DNA from: Cyanidioschyzon merolae
Taxonomy: Eukaryota
Length of the DNA stretch: 64,000 nucleotides
NCBI GenBank assembly: GCA_000091205.1
Contig: AP006498.2
Direction: 5' to 3' (one strand)
Below, one piece after another: positions 1 to 11,560 of the stretch. The translations under genes and the position numbers were made by a program. Each line of letters starts with the position of its first letter. Position 1 is the first letter of the stretch. The notes beneath the pieces are model-generated. The model was given only the letters and a program-made list of their open reading frames with translations, was not told the origin of the DNA and ran no database searches.

Positions 1-555
1 GTGCAGCCATACCGCAACCGTCGTGATGATCCCGTTTCTTCGTTGTGTCAGAAAGGCAGCTGCAATCGCCAGCCCGTCGACAAAGTTGTGGACACCGTCG
101 GCGATAAGATTCAACCAACCCACTGGTGCAACAGGTGCCTTGGACGCGCTCGAAGCAGGTCGCTTGCCGTCAGCAGTCGCTTCAACGGTAGCGTTTGGAG
201 TCGCACTTAGGTGCAGCCACTGTACGAACTTCTCCAGAAGAAAAAACGTGACGAGTCCAGTCAGCATGCCGCCCGCAGTCACGTGATCGTGAGCGTGGTG
301 GTGCACACTTTCGTGGTGCGCCGCGACCTCGGCCCCCGCAAAGCACCTCGGCAGCAGGTGGAACACGACGTCAGCCAGGAGTGCTCCGGCAGCGAATCCA
401 CTTCCGATGTCGCTTAGTGGCATCGACCACGGGGAAGCGCGCCGCACGACTCGCTTCCCGAGCGGTAGACATAGCAGTGCTGCAGCTGCGGTAGCCGACG
501 CCGACACCAACGCCCCCGCCACCGACTCCAGGAACGCACGCCAGACCTGGAGCAT
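1..555 (-). CDS. ZIP-family (KE4/ZIP7-like, SLC39) metal transporter, N-terminal part; the gene runs off the left window edge.
   Basis: Manual minus-strand translation, frame 1 mod 3. The ATG is the reverse complement of 553-555 and there is no stop down to position 1. Translation reads MLQVWRAFLESVAGALVSASATAAAALLCLPL...LADVVFHLLP...HHESVHHHAHDHV...GWLNLIADGVHNFVDGLAIAAAF. The His-rich loop and the LNL(I/A)AD..HNF(T/V)DGLAI motif are typical of the LIV-1/KE4 ZIP subfamily. This ORF is absent from the supplied track because it has no stop inside the window. Confidence 0.55.
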   Translation of the reverse strand, partial: MLQVWRAFLESVAGALVSASATAAAALLCLPLGKRVVRRASPWSMPLSDIGSGFAAGALLADVVFHLLPRCFAGAEVAAHHESVHHHAHDHVTAGGMLTGLVTFFLLEKFVQWLHLSATPNATVEATADGKRPASSASKAPVAPVGWLNLIADGVHNFVDGLAIAAAFLTQRRNGIITTVAVWLH

Positions 556-2759
556 GTTGCAGGTAGCGTCTTTTGAAGCGTTCGACGGCTAACGCTCGGG
601 CACGCAAACTGCACCAGGGACCTAATCAAAGTCTGGAACAACAATACCACCGATAACGGCAGTAGCGCGACCTGGAGGCGCCAGCGTTCCGAGCAGCACG
701 CTCTGGTGCTGGTCTCCCGTCCATGCCTCTGGGGCGACGCCTGCGGATATGCAGCAAACGGTGTCGGTGCGGCGGGAGTCAGCGCCAGATATTGCACATC
801 TAGTCACATACTGCACAGCATTCGAACACCCTGTGTCGTGCAGTGATGCCAGGCTCATGGCACATGAAGCAAGGAGGTCGTTCGGGATCATGATCGAGAC
901 GCGAACCTCGCAATCGAGCGTTTCGCTGGTGGTGTATTCACCATTGCGACGCTTTCGGTTGTCGCAAGACGGCGTTTCCAACGTCGAGGTTACTCATTTC
1001 TATTGCCGTCTGGCTGTTGGTTGCCTGGTTTCACAGTACACAAAAATGAACCTGTGGAGGAAGAACCGTTATGCAGTTTGATTTGTTGGTTTTCACGTCG
1101 CAGGCGGGCCACGCACTGCGGCACGATCACGCGTCGTGCAGCACCGACATGAGGCACTTGATCCTACGCTGACAATACTTGAAGCGTCGTGACTTCAAGG
1201 ATCATCACAAACGATACAGACACGTCCTGGATGCGTCTGCAAACCATTCTTATCGTGCGAGTTCAACGTGTCTGCGCAGGATCTCCCCAGATACGGGATT
1301 GCTGGCGGCGACCGGCGAAGAAAAGCGTACCGTTCTGTTGCGGAAGCTCTCGGGAATCACGAGGTTGCGATCCATGTTCTCGTTGGCAAGAAGGCGGAAA
1401 TGGATCCCGAAGGCCTCTGAATGCCGAACTGACAGCGGATGCTTCGAGCGACACTGGAACGGCTGGATCTGTCGTCGTCCTATGATGACGGGGCAGGCTT
1501 CGCCATGCCTTAACGGGCGTCAATGCGCGCTTCGGAAATCCACAGCGCTTCACCGAGTGTTGATTACTCCACTGCTACGCCGAAATGGTGCGCCTGGCAC
1601 GACAACACAACGCAGACACCGCTGATGCCTTCTCCGGACAGCAGCGAATCCATCGATCACCGACGATGGTAGCCGCGGTTTACGGAGCGTGTTGCAAGCG
1701 GGATGGAATTATCTTGGAAGAGACGCTCTCCGTGAGGCCTCTATACGGGTTCTTCGCTGCATCATCATCGGTTCAATGCGACGAATCGATACGTTCTGGC
1801 GATCGAACGAGGTTCGCATGGGTACTGATTGAAGCCAGGACACGTGAAGAGATGCATGATGTGGAAACGGATCTACCGACTGTGCCCTTGTACGGAATAT
1901 CGCCTTATCGAATGGCATGGATACCAGCAGCGCTCGATGAAAGCAGGTCTCCAGGTAATGGACAGCGACGAGGTCGGTTTCGCCCGAGTCAGCGCTCACT
2001 GGGGGTAGAGGCGGCAGCTGTCGCGAACGAGAACCTGTCTTAAGCTCTCCGTTGCGGTTGCTGAACACGATGGAAGCTCGAATGTTTTGTGCTTATCGAA
2101 ACGCCTATCGCGTACGCTCGTCCAAGTTGGAGTCTGCCTTGCCGATCACGCCGCCAACGCCATTTTTCCTAGCAATGACTCCTGCCTTGACGCTATGAGC
2201 GTCATCGTCGTTTGGCACTGTCAACAGCGTGTTTTGTACAACATCGTATCCGCTCAAGCCCCCAGTGCATACCTGGACGGTTCCTTCTGCAATAACGATC
2301 TTGGTGTGCTGGTCCGGAGACTTGGCTCCACAGGGCGTCTGATCGCCGAGCACGGGCGCACAGCTCGAGCTGCGCTTTCGAGGGCGCCGCCGTCGAGGCA
2401 ATCTTGCTGACGTGTCCGATTGGATCCGTGCACGCGCCGCGATGCCGCCGGATGCGTGAGCGCCACGTGTCGGCAATCAGCCAGGTGGCGCACGCACGAT
2501 GCGCTGTTTTTGGTGCTGCGGACACGTCACGATCTGGAATTCACTGTAACCGTCCATCAATCGCATCGCGGTAGCGATGCTGACGCACGCCGTCTCGATC
2601 GAAAGCATTTGCGCAACGATGCAAATCGTTCAAATCTGAAGTGTTTTCCCTTGAACACTTCCGGTGTAGGGTAAACTGAAGCTTATGGCTAGAGTCGTCG
2701 CGCAACGTTCATGAAAAGGGCGTAAACAATCGCACCTGTTTGCGATATGGCTCGGCGCT

Positions 2760-3554
2760 ATGCTCCGCTTTACCTCAGTACAGTCGTTGACGGCACGTCT
2801 AGCCGCAACGGTCGTGGGTTTACCGCCAACCAAGCCCCTAGTCTTTCCACGGGAGACTGTGAGCGAAACGAGCACAGGCATAGGCGTGGATAGCGACGAA
2901 CTAGGACCAATCGCCCCGGTTCGCGTCGCAACCACCGAGCACCATCGCACCTGGGCGCGTCCAGTGGTGTCGTCGAGGGACCTCGCACCGAACGACACTG
3001 GACCTTGTTTGAAAAAGTCACAGGTCTGCCCCAGGTGTGGCAAGGCGTTATCTGGGCGCGGAAGCGTGCACAGGCATATCCGCGTTGTCCACTTAAACCG
3101 TAGGGATCATATCTGCCAAGTCTGCTGCGCCCAGTTTTCAGAGCGCAATGCCCTACGTCGCCATGTCCGTGCCGTCCACGAGAAGCGCTTCGAGTACATA
3201 TGCAAGGTGTGCAATGCCCAATATCGCTCGGCGAAAGGATTACACGTTCACTATCGTTCCAAACATTTGGGCCTTCGTCCTTTCCAGTGTTTGTTTTGCG
3301 AGAAACGCTTTGTGAGCGCCGTCCACCGTGAAACGCACGTACGCGCCGTGCACATGAACCTGCGCGAGCACGGCTGTCCACACTGCGCCTATCGAACAAC
3401 GACGCGCGTCGGCCTCTTGTCGCACATTCGAAGGATGCATGATGGTGTAGAACGACAGCCATGTCCGGAGTGCATTCGTGAATTCCGTTTCAGTGAATCG
3501 TTAAGGAAACACTTGCGTCAATTTCATCGCTGGCAAGATGACGATTTCTGGTGA
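2760..3554 (+). CDS. C2H2 zinc-finger protein with six tandem C2H2 fingers.
   Basis: ATG start. Repeated CxxC...HxxxxH units: CPRCGKALSGRGSVHRHIRVVH, CQVCCAQFSERNALRRHVRAVH, CKVCNAQYRSAKGLHVHYRSKH, CLFCEKRFVSAVHRETHVRAVH, CPHCAYRTTTRVGLLSHIRRMH, CPECIREFRFSESLRKHLRQFH. This is a eukaryote-type transcription factor. Confidence 0.7.
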   Translation: MLRFTSVQSLTARLAATVVGLPPTKPLVFPRETVSETSTGIGVDSDELGPIAPVRVATTEHHRTWARPVVSSRDLAPNDTGPCLKKSQVCPRCGKALSGRGSVHRHIRVVHLNRRDHICQVCCAQFSERNALRRHVRAVHEKRFEYICKVCNAQYRSAKGLHVHYRSKHLGLRPFQCLFCEKRFVSAVHRETHVRAVHMNLREHGCPHCAYRTTTRVGLLSHIRRMHDGVERQPCPECIREFRFSESLRKHLRQFHRWQDDDFW

Positions 3555-4262
3555 ACAATTGCAGTGTGATCACGTCCGATGTGCCACGGGGCGGCCGTCC
3601 CCTGCCATGCATTCGTCTGGCTGGACGCTGGGTCGATGCGCTCGTGGCATGTGGCATCCATGGTTTTTGGGTTTTACAGGTGCAAAGTTGATGCTGATGC
3701 CAAGTGGAACACGAGAAGGTATCGAATGAGACTTGCGGTTTTGTGCAAGCGCCGATACTGATGCGTGGGATGCTGTGCTAGGGATGCCGCTGCCGCGGCA
3801 GCAACAGCATCCTCATGTTCGGAGCGATTTTAACGGGCGGCTGTTTGCATTCAACTAGCAGTATCGGCACGGAGAACTGAAGATTCGACTTCGAATGCTC
3901 CGATTGGCAACCATTAAGAGACGCTTTCCCCGAGATCGAGGCAATTCGTGCGTTTACGCCTCATCTGCGATCGACAGGGCAGCACATTCTGGATACCTAT
4001 TGCGCGTCACGTTTCGACAATGACGCTCGAAAGGTCGACCATTCTGTGTGTGCCCCTTCGACGTCGTCCGTGCAACACGAGCGTCCGCGAAGCAACGCAC
4101 ATCACCGGATCCAATACTTGCCTGAACGCAGATACCCATCGTGCTTCCCAGGATCCAAACTAGATTCACTGATCCAACACAATAAAGAAATCCCCCGATC
4201 AAGAGCGTCCGTTGATCGCACCATTCGCTACCGGGTCGCGTGTGAAACGCTCTGAGCAAGAC

Positions 4263-5732
4263 TCAGTGCTGGTCCTTTGAGATCGGTATCCGATCCTGGC
4301 GGCTTTCGCGCTCCTCGTTGGGATCGTCACGTATTTCGAGCCGATACATCCGCACCATTTCCGGATTATCCTTTTCGGTGTACCAGTATTCCACAAAACG
4401 TCCGTCGGGGCTCTCGATTCGCTCGACATCGAGCTCGTCAAGATCGACCTCGCCAGGGCGATTTCGAAGTCGACTGACAAAATCATCGTTTCCGTTCATC
4501 CGAAAGAAGGATTCCTCGTCTTCATCGATGCTTGGTGTGAAGAGGCGGTGATCATTGGCCCTGCGCGATGCTACCGCGAAAGCATTGTTCGCATCTCGGA
4601 TGATCGGTTCTGGATGGTGCGGTTTCGGGTTGAAGCGCTCGTGCTCTTGCCGAATCATGTAACTGCGCAACAGCATTGCGCCACAAAACTGCACAGCTCG
4701 TAGAAACCACGGGTTCCTTATCAGCGCTTGAAGCGGTGAACGAGGATACCGCTCATCTGCTCGAGAGCGGCGCTTGTCATAGATGTAGACCAGCACCTGG
4801 GTATCCTCAGGTCCCGTTTCCATGCCGAATAAATCTGCTTCCAACGGGAAAACGAATCGACGAATCCCATCGTAAAGCTGCGTAATCCATGGCGTATCGT
4901 CTGGTAGCTTTCGCTCGCCGGTTTCCTCTATCACCGGGCATTTGCTGGAATTCTCTGCGACAAAGACGGGAAACCGGACGGCTTTTAGCGGCCCAGTGAG
5001 ACGTTCAATAAGTAAGTACACGTAGTCACGACGACCGCGGACGTATTCGGGGTAGCTCAGCGAGTCAGGCGGCAATGATTGACCATGGGTAAAGACTACC
5101 ATCATGTGGCGAAGCACTTCTGCCCCGAAAAATTCCATCAGAACTTTCCAATTGTGGTAATCAACTAGATCAGGGCGGGTGTCATCGAGACGCATGACGT
5201 AGAGAATAGCGTGGAAGGAACGCAGATAAGGATGCTCATCCGCACCCCGAGCGTCGAGGAGCTTTCGAAGCCGTTGGACCTGCCGTCGACTAGCTTCTAG
5301 GCCGCTGCGTCTACAAGGTGCTATCCCTGGGGTATCAATGAACTCGATCACCACGGAGTCGACTTGTCGAGCACATACTTGCGCGTTTTTCGTTCCCCGC
5401 TCCCACGCAGACACAGAGCACAGGTTCTCGTTCAGGAGCGTGTTGATCAGGGACGACTTGCCAACACCAGGTGCTCCCACGACCAGAAATCGCAGCCGTG
5501 GCACTCCTTGTCGTTCCGCTGCCAGTGCGAGACGCAGAATCGCTTGAGCAGTCGGCTCGGGTACGTCCTCAAGTGCAAGCACTTGCTCTTCGTAAACGTC
5601 AGAGTCTTCTAGAGGATAGGCAAAGGTTCCGTTTTTCCTGAACAGCGAAACAGGCCGCTGGGTAACTTGCCCAGTTCGATCTGGTGAAGCACGCTGTTCC
5701 GCTTCATTCTTGGTAGGCGTCTCCGAGTCCAT
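4263..5732 (-). CDS. TOC-family (Toc34/Toc159-type, AIG1-class) GTPase, a plastid outer-envelope import receptor homologue.
   Basis: ATG start. G1 motif VVGAPGVGKSSLINTLL and G3 motif IDTPGI. The block ILYVMRLDDTRPDLVDYHNWKVLMEFFGAEVLRHMMVVFTHGQSLPPDSLSYPEYVRGRRD is colinear with the Toc33/34 signature LYVDRLD.yRvD.lD...FG.eIw...l.VLTHAQ.sPPD.L.Y. The protein has an N-terminal roughly 80-aa extension and a roughly 190-aa C-terminal region. Confidence 0.7.
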   Translation of the reverse strand: MDSETPTKNEAEQRASPDRTGQVTQRPVSLFRKNGTFAYPLEDSDVYEEQVLALEDVPEPTAQAILRLALAAERQGVPRLRFLVVGAPGVGKSSLINTLLNENLCSVSAWERGTKNAQVCARQVDSVVIEFIDTPGIAPCRRSGLEASRRQVQRLRKLLDARGADEHPYLRSFHAILYVMRLDDTRPDLVDYHNWKVLMEFFGAEVLRHMMVVFTHGQSLPPDSLSYPEYVRGRRDYVYLLIERLTGPLKAVRFPVFVAENSSKCPVIEETGERKLPDDTPWITQLYDGIRRFVFPLEADLFGMETGPEDTQVLVYIYDKRRSRADERYPRSPLQALIRNPWFLRAVQFCGAMLLRSYMIRQEHERFNPKPHHPEPIIRDANNAFAVASRRANDHRLFTPSIDEDEESFFRMNGNDDFVSRLRNRPGEVDLDELDVERIESPDGRFVEYWYTEKDNPEMVRMYRLEIRDDPNEERESRQDRIPISKDQH

Positions 5733-6329
5733 GACCTGATCGGTGGCTAGTCGTATCGATTAGACGCAGTGCGCTCCCGACACATGCAGCCGAGCCATAG
5801 AGCGCAAGCGGTATCGGTGCCGACGCTCTGCCCGGTCCGTGTCAGTCCGTAGACTCTGGTACCGGGGCTATCGCTTGTTATCGGTACACCACCAACGCCC
5901 GGGGATAATCCTAGTGCCAGAGGTCTATATAAGCTTCGCTTGCGGACGCCGCACGCTCCTCGCTGCCGGACTTCTCTGGCAGGCGCAGGCATCTGCGAAT
6001 GGACTGCGTTCGATTGCGTCGGTGCCCAGCAGCGAGGCACTTGTGAAATCGATGGATTCTGGTTGAACAATCGACTCCCATACTGCGAGAATCTGGAGAA
6101 GCGGTGGGTTCCTCACTGGATTACCGAAAATAATTGTGGACTCGGGAGTACCGTGTTCAGATCAAACGATAGATCTTACGCCATGCACTAGAAAACCAGA
6201 TTCGATTGCTAATGGACCGCTGAACTCGTCGCTCTGCTCATGCCTTGCGATCTTTTCCGCAGGTTTTCTAGTTTTCGAGACTGGACCATTGAAATGCTGC
6301 AATTAGAGCTTAAAGGCTCATAGAATTTT

Positions 6330-7560
6330 TAGGATGCTTGGTCGTCGCGTTTTCGGAGTTGCTTTATCGATTTTTTGTCGCTGGTATTTCGTGAGTTACG
6401 TCCATGAAGATGATTCGTGACATCCTCGAGCAGGGGTTCGTAAATTAACCGATCTCGTTATCAAATGTATGCGAACAAGCCTGTGCTCTTCTCTGCTTGT
6501 GTGTATGATGCTCAAATCGCCTCTTTCTCATGTTTTCGACCAGCTCTTTCTTGGCAACTCGTGTGCGTGGCAACTCGTACACCTGCATCGACAATGGGAA
6601 AAATCAACGTCATCCTTTGACGGCTTGATGACAAGCTCAGACCTAGATCCCACTGCGCCTGTGACGTCAAATCATCGATTCCGTTCGAAACACGAATCCT
6701 GTTCTCTTTGCGGTCAGCGACAAAACGGCATTCCCCAGCAATACGATGCCTTTCACGGGATATGCTCCCAGATGCTCCCGTCTCTTCTGTTTCCTTGGAA
6801 AAGGGACTTGGAGTCCAACGATTGCAACGATCGCCTCGAGTGAGGAGGGTGTCACAGCTCTGCGCAGATGCACGTAGACTGAACGAAAACTCGCAACTTG
6901 CACTTCCTCATGTATTCTGCCTCCGGTGCTTGTTCCATAATGGATAGCATCGCGTTCCACAAATTCTCTATCGAGTCAGAGCGCGTGCGCTTGAACGTAT
7001 AGCGGACAGACTGCTCCTCAGGGGTATCGCCTGGTAGGAGCCCGTGATCCTATGGCACGTCATCGGGCCCATGAACAGAGGCGAGCATCGAGTGGAGCCT
7101 TCTGTACCCGCCAAGGTCTTGCACCGAGCGATGAAGCAAGCGTTCTAGCGCCACGCGGCTGCCCTCGGAGCAGACTTGAAAGCCGTCATTGGCGTACAGC
7201 AGCACCTGACCACATCCCAGTCTCACTGCTGCAAACGGCGCGCCGACGCCCTATACGAAGATGCTGTACAATGGCGAGCGAAACGTAGATCGCAACTTCA
7301 GCTTCTGCACGAAATCCGTGAACATCATCGGGAAGCCGCGAAATCCGGACTTGGACGCTCCCATCAACATCCTTCATTTGAGAACACTGGAGCTAGACGG
7401 AAAAATTTAATCGCCGGATTCAAATCCAGAGATGGTACGGAGCAAAAGGAATCAGTCACTGAACTAGCCCCAGATGGCATACGGTGTGCTGGTATCACTA
7501 CGAAACATGCCGCACTTGAGCCTCGGCATCCGTGGTAAACGACCTGTCCATTTGATCTAA
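6330..7560 (+). mobile_element. Family-Y TnpB/Fanzor-like element, copy A (decayed, non-autonomous). Boundaries are approximate.
   Basis: Nucleotide blocks shared with copies at 25200, 34230, 42196 and 62400, for example cgtaaattaaccgatctcgtta, gctcaaa..c, caactcgtgtgcgtgg, cccgtctcttctgtttccttggaaa and ccggtgcttgttccataatggata. The downstream ORF 7176-7538 keeps a degenerate zinc-ribbon/RuvC-III-like stretch SHCCKRRADALYEDAVQW...HEIREHHREAAKSGL, homologous to copy D's CHSCAARTEAVFKKYENEKR...CRKRHKRDLDAAINIL. Confidence 0.45.
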
Positions 7561-7754
7561 ATTGACTAGAACGGACACGCCATCGGGAGAAAACTGTATC
7601 CTATCCTTTTTGTACATTTAAATCCATTTATATGCTATAACCTCCCGTTTCTTCAGCGCTCCCTCGTACCAGGGCGCGCTCGAGCGAGCGGCGCGCAGGC
7701 GCGCCCGGAGATCGACGGCCGCCGCACGGGATCGACGCTGTACGCTGCGCCCAC

Positions 7755-9266
7755 ATGACGCGAAGCAAGTTCACGCCTGGTCCGTTCCCGTGTGGCGTCA
7801 TGTTTGTTGCATCGAATAGCATTGGAACGTCGTTATTTGTGACAGGAAAGACCCATGTTCGGCATTTGCAACCTCTAGCAAAAAACGCCGGCAGCTGCAG
7901 TGCAAAGAATACTCGAAGGAAATCGAGGATGCAAGCAGGCGCTACCACGCTCAAAGCGGTTGCCTCGGAGCGCCGTTTGTGCACGCAGCGCTCCGAAGAG
8001 ATCATGCGTGACGCCGTCAACGTTATGCCCGGAGGCGTATCTTCCCCGGTGCGAGCTTTCCGATCTGTTGGCGGGAACCCAATCGTTTTTGAGTCGACGA
8101 AGGGGAGCAAGATAGTTGACGTGGACGGCAACGAGTATATCGACTACGTCCTTTCTTTTGGACCTTCTGTTGTCGGCAGCGCGAATGACGAAGTTATCGA
8201 GGCGGTATCTACGCAGGCTCGTAAAGGGCTATCGTTCGGAGCGCCCTCTTACCTTGAGAATCAACTAGCGCACGCGATTATCGATGCTGTTCCCAGCGCC
8301 GAGATGGTGCGTTTCGTGAGCAGCGGCACCGAGGCATGCATTTCGGCGGCTCGCTTGATGCGAGCCTATACTGGTCGCGAAAAAATCATCAAGATGACGG
8401 GATGTTACCACGGACATGGTGATAGTTTCCTGGTATCAGCTGGTTCAGGTGTGGCGACACTCGGACTGTCGGATTCACCTGGTGTGCTGAAGAGCGTTGC
8501 TTCGGCAACCATCGTTGTCCCGTACAATAACATTGAAGCCATTCGGGAAGTTTTCCGAAAGCACCAGGGAGAGATCGCTGGTGTCTTCCTCGAACCAGTA
8601 GTCGGAAACAGTGGCTTCATCGAACCACTGCCGGGGTATTTGGCGGAGCTCCGGGAGATTACCAAACAGAATGGTGCGCTTTTGCTTTTCGACGAAGTCA
8701 TGACTGGCTTCCGGATTAGCTACGGCGGTGCTCAGAGTCATTTTGATGTCACACCTGATCTGACGACGCTCGGAAAGGTTATTGGCGGGGGCTACCCGGT
8801 GGGTGCGTACGCCGGCCCGCGCCATATCATGGAAACGGTAGCGCCGGCTGGCCCGATGTACCAAGCGGGTACACTGAGTGGCTCTCCAGTCGGCATGGCC
8901 GCTGGCCTGAAAACGCTGGAAATCCTCCGCCGCCCCGGCACCTACGAGTACCTTCAGCGCATCACCCAACGACTTGTCGAGGGGCTCCTCGACGCAGCGC
9001 GCTCCAATGGCCATGAGGCATGTGGTGGGTCGCTTTACTCGATGTTCGGGATGTTCTTTACCAAGGGACCTGTTCACAATTTCGAGGACGCAAAGAAATC
9101 GGACACTGAAAAGTTCAAGAAATTCCATCGTGGAATGTTGGAGGAGGGCGTTTACTTGGCTCCGTCTCAGTTCGAAGCCGGTTTTACGTCGCTTGCGCAC
9201 ACCGAGGACGATATCGAGCGTACTATCGAAGCGGCTCGTCGTGTGCTCGCGCGTATTCCGGCCTGA
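7755..9266 (+). CDS. hemL: Glutamate-1-semialdehyde 2,1-aminomutase (GSA aminotransferase, tetrapyrrole biosynthesis) with an N-terminal targeting extension.
   Basis: ATG start. Near full-length colinearity with HemL/GSA: [98 protein letters not shown], and the PLP-lysine region [19 protein letters not shown]. An N-terminal extension of about 90 aa rich in S, T, R and K reads [12 protein letters not shown]...MFVASN..., consistent with a plastid transit peptide. Confidence 0.9.
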   Translation: MTRSKFTPGPFPCGVMFVASNSIGTSLFVTGKTHVRHLQPLAKNAGSCSAKNTRRKSRMQAGATTLKAVASERRLCTQRSEEIMRDAVNVMPGGVSSPVRAFRSVGGNPIVFESTKGSKIVDVDGNEYIDYVLSFGPSVVGSANDEVIEAVSTQARKGLSFGAPSYLENQLAHAIIDAVPSAEMVRFVSSGTEACISAARLMRAYTGREKIIKMTGCYHGHGDSFLVSAGSGVATLGLSDSPGVLKSVASATIVVPYNNIEAIREVFRKHQGEIAGVFLEPVVGNSGFIEPLPGYLAELREITKQNGALLLFDEVMTGFRISYGGAQSHFDVTPDLTTLGKVIGGGYPVGAYAGPRHIMETVAPAGPMYQAGTLSGSPVGMAAGLKTLEILRRPGTYEYLQRITQRLVEGLLDAARSNGHEACGGSLYSMFGMFFTKGPVHNFEDAKKSDTEKFKKFHRGMLEEGVYLAPSQFEAGFTSLAHTEDDIERTIEAARRVLARIPA

Positions 9267-9946
9267 GAACCCGTGAAAAGCGATTTCCACCTAGCCTCTG
9301 CACCGCTGTTCCGGAACCATGTCGTAGACGGCACCTGATTTGCCAAACAGTTGAAACCGTGTGCACAGTGCCGTGCAGTAGACAAGAGCCCAAAACGAAG
9401 CATCGCTCTTGAATGAAAATGAGGCCGCAATGAAATCTGTAAACCGAGGAGCGTTATGTACCCGTGCGTCAAGGGTTCGAAAGGTGGATGAAAAGCGTTG
9501 GCAAACGCGAAAGCTGCCTGTGCACCTCACTGTATCCGTTGTTTCAGCACCGGTGATGTTTGCAGCGTAGGTGTCCCGCTCGCGATCGATGTCAACGCTG
9601 CGATCTGTTATCAATCGAGCGCAGAGCCAGGTCTCGTCAGCCTTTGAAATGGCACCAGACGGCGTATCTCAGAGCGAACAACGCGTCTCTCGAAGCACGA
9701 CTCGAATGATGAAGCGTCGACATCTGCTGTGCACAGTACGGATGCGAGTTCGAGGTGTCTCTGTGTGGCCGTCCGGGCATAGCCGCCCGGTGCGCCCCGA
9801 CTGGTACCGTACCGAAGCCTCGGTACTTGATGGAGCGACTCTTTACAGCTACCACACAAGAGCGATACGCAAGAGTCTCGGCTGGTACTGAGTAGCACCA
9901 CGCTTCGTATCTCCGGGTTGCAATGTCCATGATGCAGAGCGCGTGA

Positions 9947-11560
9947 TTACGCTGTGCTCTGGGCGGCGCCAAGCGCCATGGCTAAGAGCTGCAAAAGCAC
10001 CTCTGCAACGATGAGAATAATGATGATCCACTCTAATCGATGCTCGGTTCGAACGTGAACTTCATCACGGAAAAGCATAAACAGATCCTTGAGGATTTCG
10101 AGCCGTTGGTTCAGGAGTTGACCCCTTTTTTCGGTATCCAACCAGCGAGCTGTTCGCTCATAGAGCGGTTCGACCTCTTCATTCTCCCAAAACCAATCCG
10201 GTGTTCCTAGCAAATCTGTCTGGAGATTAAAGTAGCTTCTGTACAAGTGTACCTCGCCGCTCATGCGCATGACATCGCGAGCACCTAGCCGAAGTTCGCC
10301 GAAACGCACCAGGTCCAGTGGCACATTGCCACAGCGCTCAATCAGAAGATCGACACTGTTCTCGAAGGAGCCCAGCTTGCAAGACTGGGCCAGTGCGTGC
10401 GAGATACCCGCTTGGACCTGAACCAACTCTTCGTCGCTGAGGTCGGCCTCCTCTAGTTGCGTCCATTCGTTTTCCGCTTCAGCGTTTGGATCTAAAATCG
10501 CCGCTGGAGGTGCTGCGATTCGCATGCCAACGAGCTGAGAGCGCTCGACCAACGCCCCCGGGAGCATGATGTTGTCGTTCTTGATTCGGGCCTTATCTGC
10601 CTCGTAACTATAAGTGTAGGTGAAGAATTCTTTCTCCATTTCCGCAGGTGATAACTGACCGTTTTCAAACGCTTGGAGCCAGTCTAAAATGCCCCATTCG
10701 CCAGCTTCGGATAATCCCCAACACACGAGGGTACCATACGAGAAGAAAAAGATAGCAGCGCCAGCGACAACATCTTCCACTTCTTGGTTATCGTCAAGCG
10801 CAAAGCTCGGGTCCAGCGCCTCCTCTGCGTCCATCGTTCTCCACGACGGGTCCATGGTGCGATTCATGCGCTGCCTCGCGAGACCTGCTCGGTTCTGCTG
10901 ATCGTTTGGCGGGGATGCTGTTGTTGGCAACATCTCGGTGTGTTCGTCACCGGATCTATCGTTACCACAAGGGAGCCTGCTCCCTCGAGCGTCTTCCCCG
11001 GATCGGAGAAGTTCTCGAATAGCGCCAATACGGCGTCGACTTGGGCGCCTCTGGAGCAGAAGCAGGTCTCGCGATAGACGCCGTACCGTCAAGTTGGCTT
11101 TCGAAGTTATCTGCTGCAGCGCTGCGTACAGCGCCCGCAAGTCATACGTTGTGCACGTGCAGTATGTGGATAACCGACCAACAAAGCCAAGTGCTGCTTT
11201 CTCGCGCAGAGGTTCCTCCCGCTCGAGACGTGCACGATGTCGGAGGCCGGTTTTGCGAGGCAGCGGCATCGTCGGCGTCGGCGCCGCCCCAGACGGGTTC
11301 CCGACACCACCGCCAGCAGCGCTCGGTGCTACTAGCCCGGAAACATGCGCTGGACCTGTGGTTCCAGCGCCCAGTGCAGCCGGTTGAGAGAGGTCTAACT
11401 TGATCTCATTGGGTGTTGGCAGCGTCCCTGCGGCTGGTGCACCAGAAGCACCAGCCTGGAACGAGGTTTGGCTCGGCGGTAACCGCGTCTCAGGTGTGCC
11501 ACTGCCGATCGCTGAGGCAAACTGTTTCAGAAGCGCCGTTCGCTCACTTGGCGCCGACAT
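9947..11560 (-). CDS. DUF155 (Rmd1 / Sif2 / plant RRG-like) protein with a low-complexity N-terminal region.
   Basis: ATG start. The core AIFFFSYGTLVCWGLSEAGEWGILDWLQAF...IKNDNIMLPGA and the C-terminal hydrophobic tail TEHRLEWIIIILIVAEVLLQLL match the DUF155 family layout. The N-terminal roughly 230 aa is A/G/P-rich. Confidence 0.5.
   Translation of the reverse strand: MSAPSERTALLKQFASAIGSGTPETRLPPSQTSFQAGASGAPAAGTLPTPNEIKLDLSQPAALGAGTTGPAHVSGLVAPSAAGGGVGNPSGAAPTPTMPLPRKTGLRHRARLEREEPLREKAALGFVGRLSTYCTCTTYDLRALYAALQQITSKANLTVRRLSRDLLLLQRRPSRRRIGAIRELLRSGEDARGSRLPCGNDRSGDEHTEMLPTTASPPNDQQNRAGLARQRMNRTMDPSWRTMDAEEALDPSFALDDNQEVEDVVAGAAIFFFSYGTLVCWGLSEAGEWGILDWLQAFENGQLSPAEMEKEFFTYTYSYEADKARIKNDNIMLPGALVERSQLVGMRIAAPPAAILDPNAEAENEWTQLEEADLSDEELVQVQAGISHALAQSCKLGSFENSVDLLIERCGNVPLDLVRFGELRLGARDVMRMSGEVHLYRSYFNLQTDLLGTPDWFWENEEVEPLYERTARWLDTEKRGQLLNQRLEILKDLFMLFRDEVHVRTEHRLEWIIIILIVAEVLLQLLAMALGAAQSTA

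Noticed and set aside
1-1100. Plus-strand track ORFs 1-210, 23-286 and 211-417, and minus-strand ORFs 371-607, 414-797 and 622-981.
   Set aside because: They overlap, in other frames or on the other strand, the ZIP transporter gene whose reading frame (minus strand, 1 mod 3) is the only one with a recognisable family signature. The others start with GTG or CTG in the track and have no domain. They are GC-rich antisense or off-frame artefacts.
2105-2476. Minus-strand ORF with an HKD-like stretch, HTKIVIAEGTVQVCTGGLSG, reminiscent of the PLD/cardiolipin-synthase motif.
   Set aside because: Only a partial match: Glu replaces Asp and there is no GSxN. The ORF is 123 codons with no second HKD half and no upstream continuation, and other frames overlap it. 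It could be a degenerate fragment, but I cannot support a PLD-family call.
6469-6843. ORF inside family-Y copy A containing LVHLH, which I considered as an IS200-type TnpA HUH motif.
   Set aside because: The motif is not conserved in the homologous positions of copies B-E, there is no KYRR or catalytic Tyr context, and the ORF frames differ between copies. The nucleotide-level conservation points to a decayed element rather than a conserved TnpA.
7628-8131. 167-codon minus-strand ORF overlapping the 5' part of hemL.
   Set aside because: Antisense to a confidently identified, conserved gene, and it has no domain. It is a spurious ORF of the kind common in high-GC coding regions.
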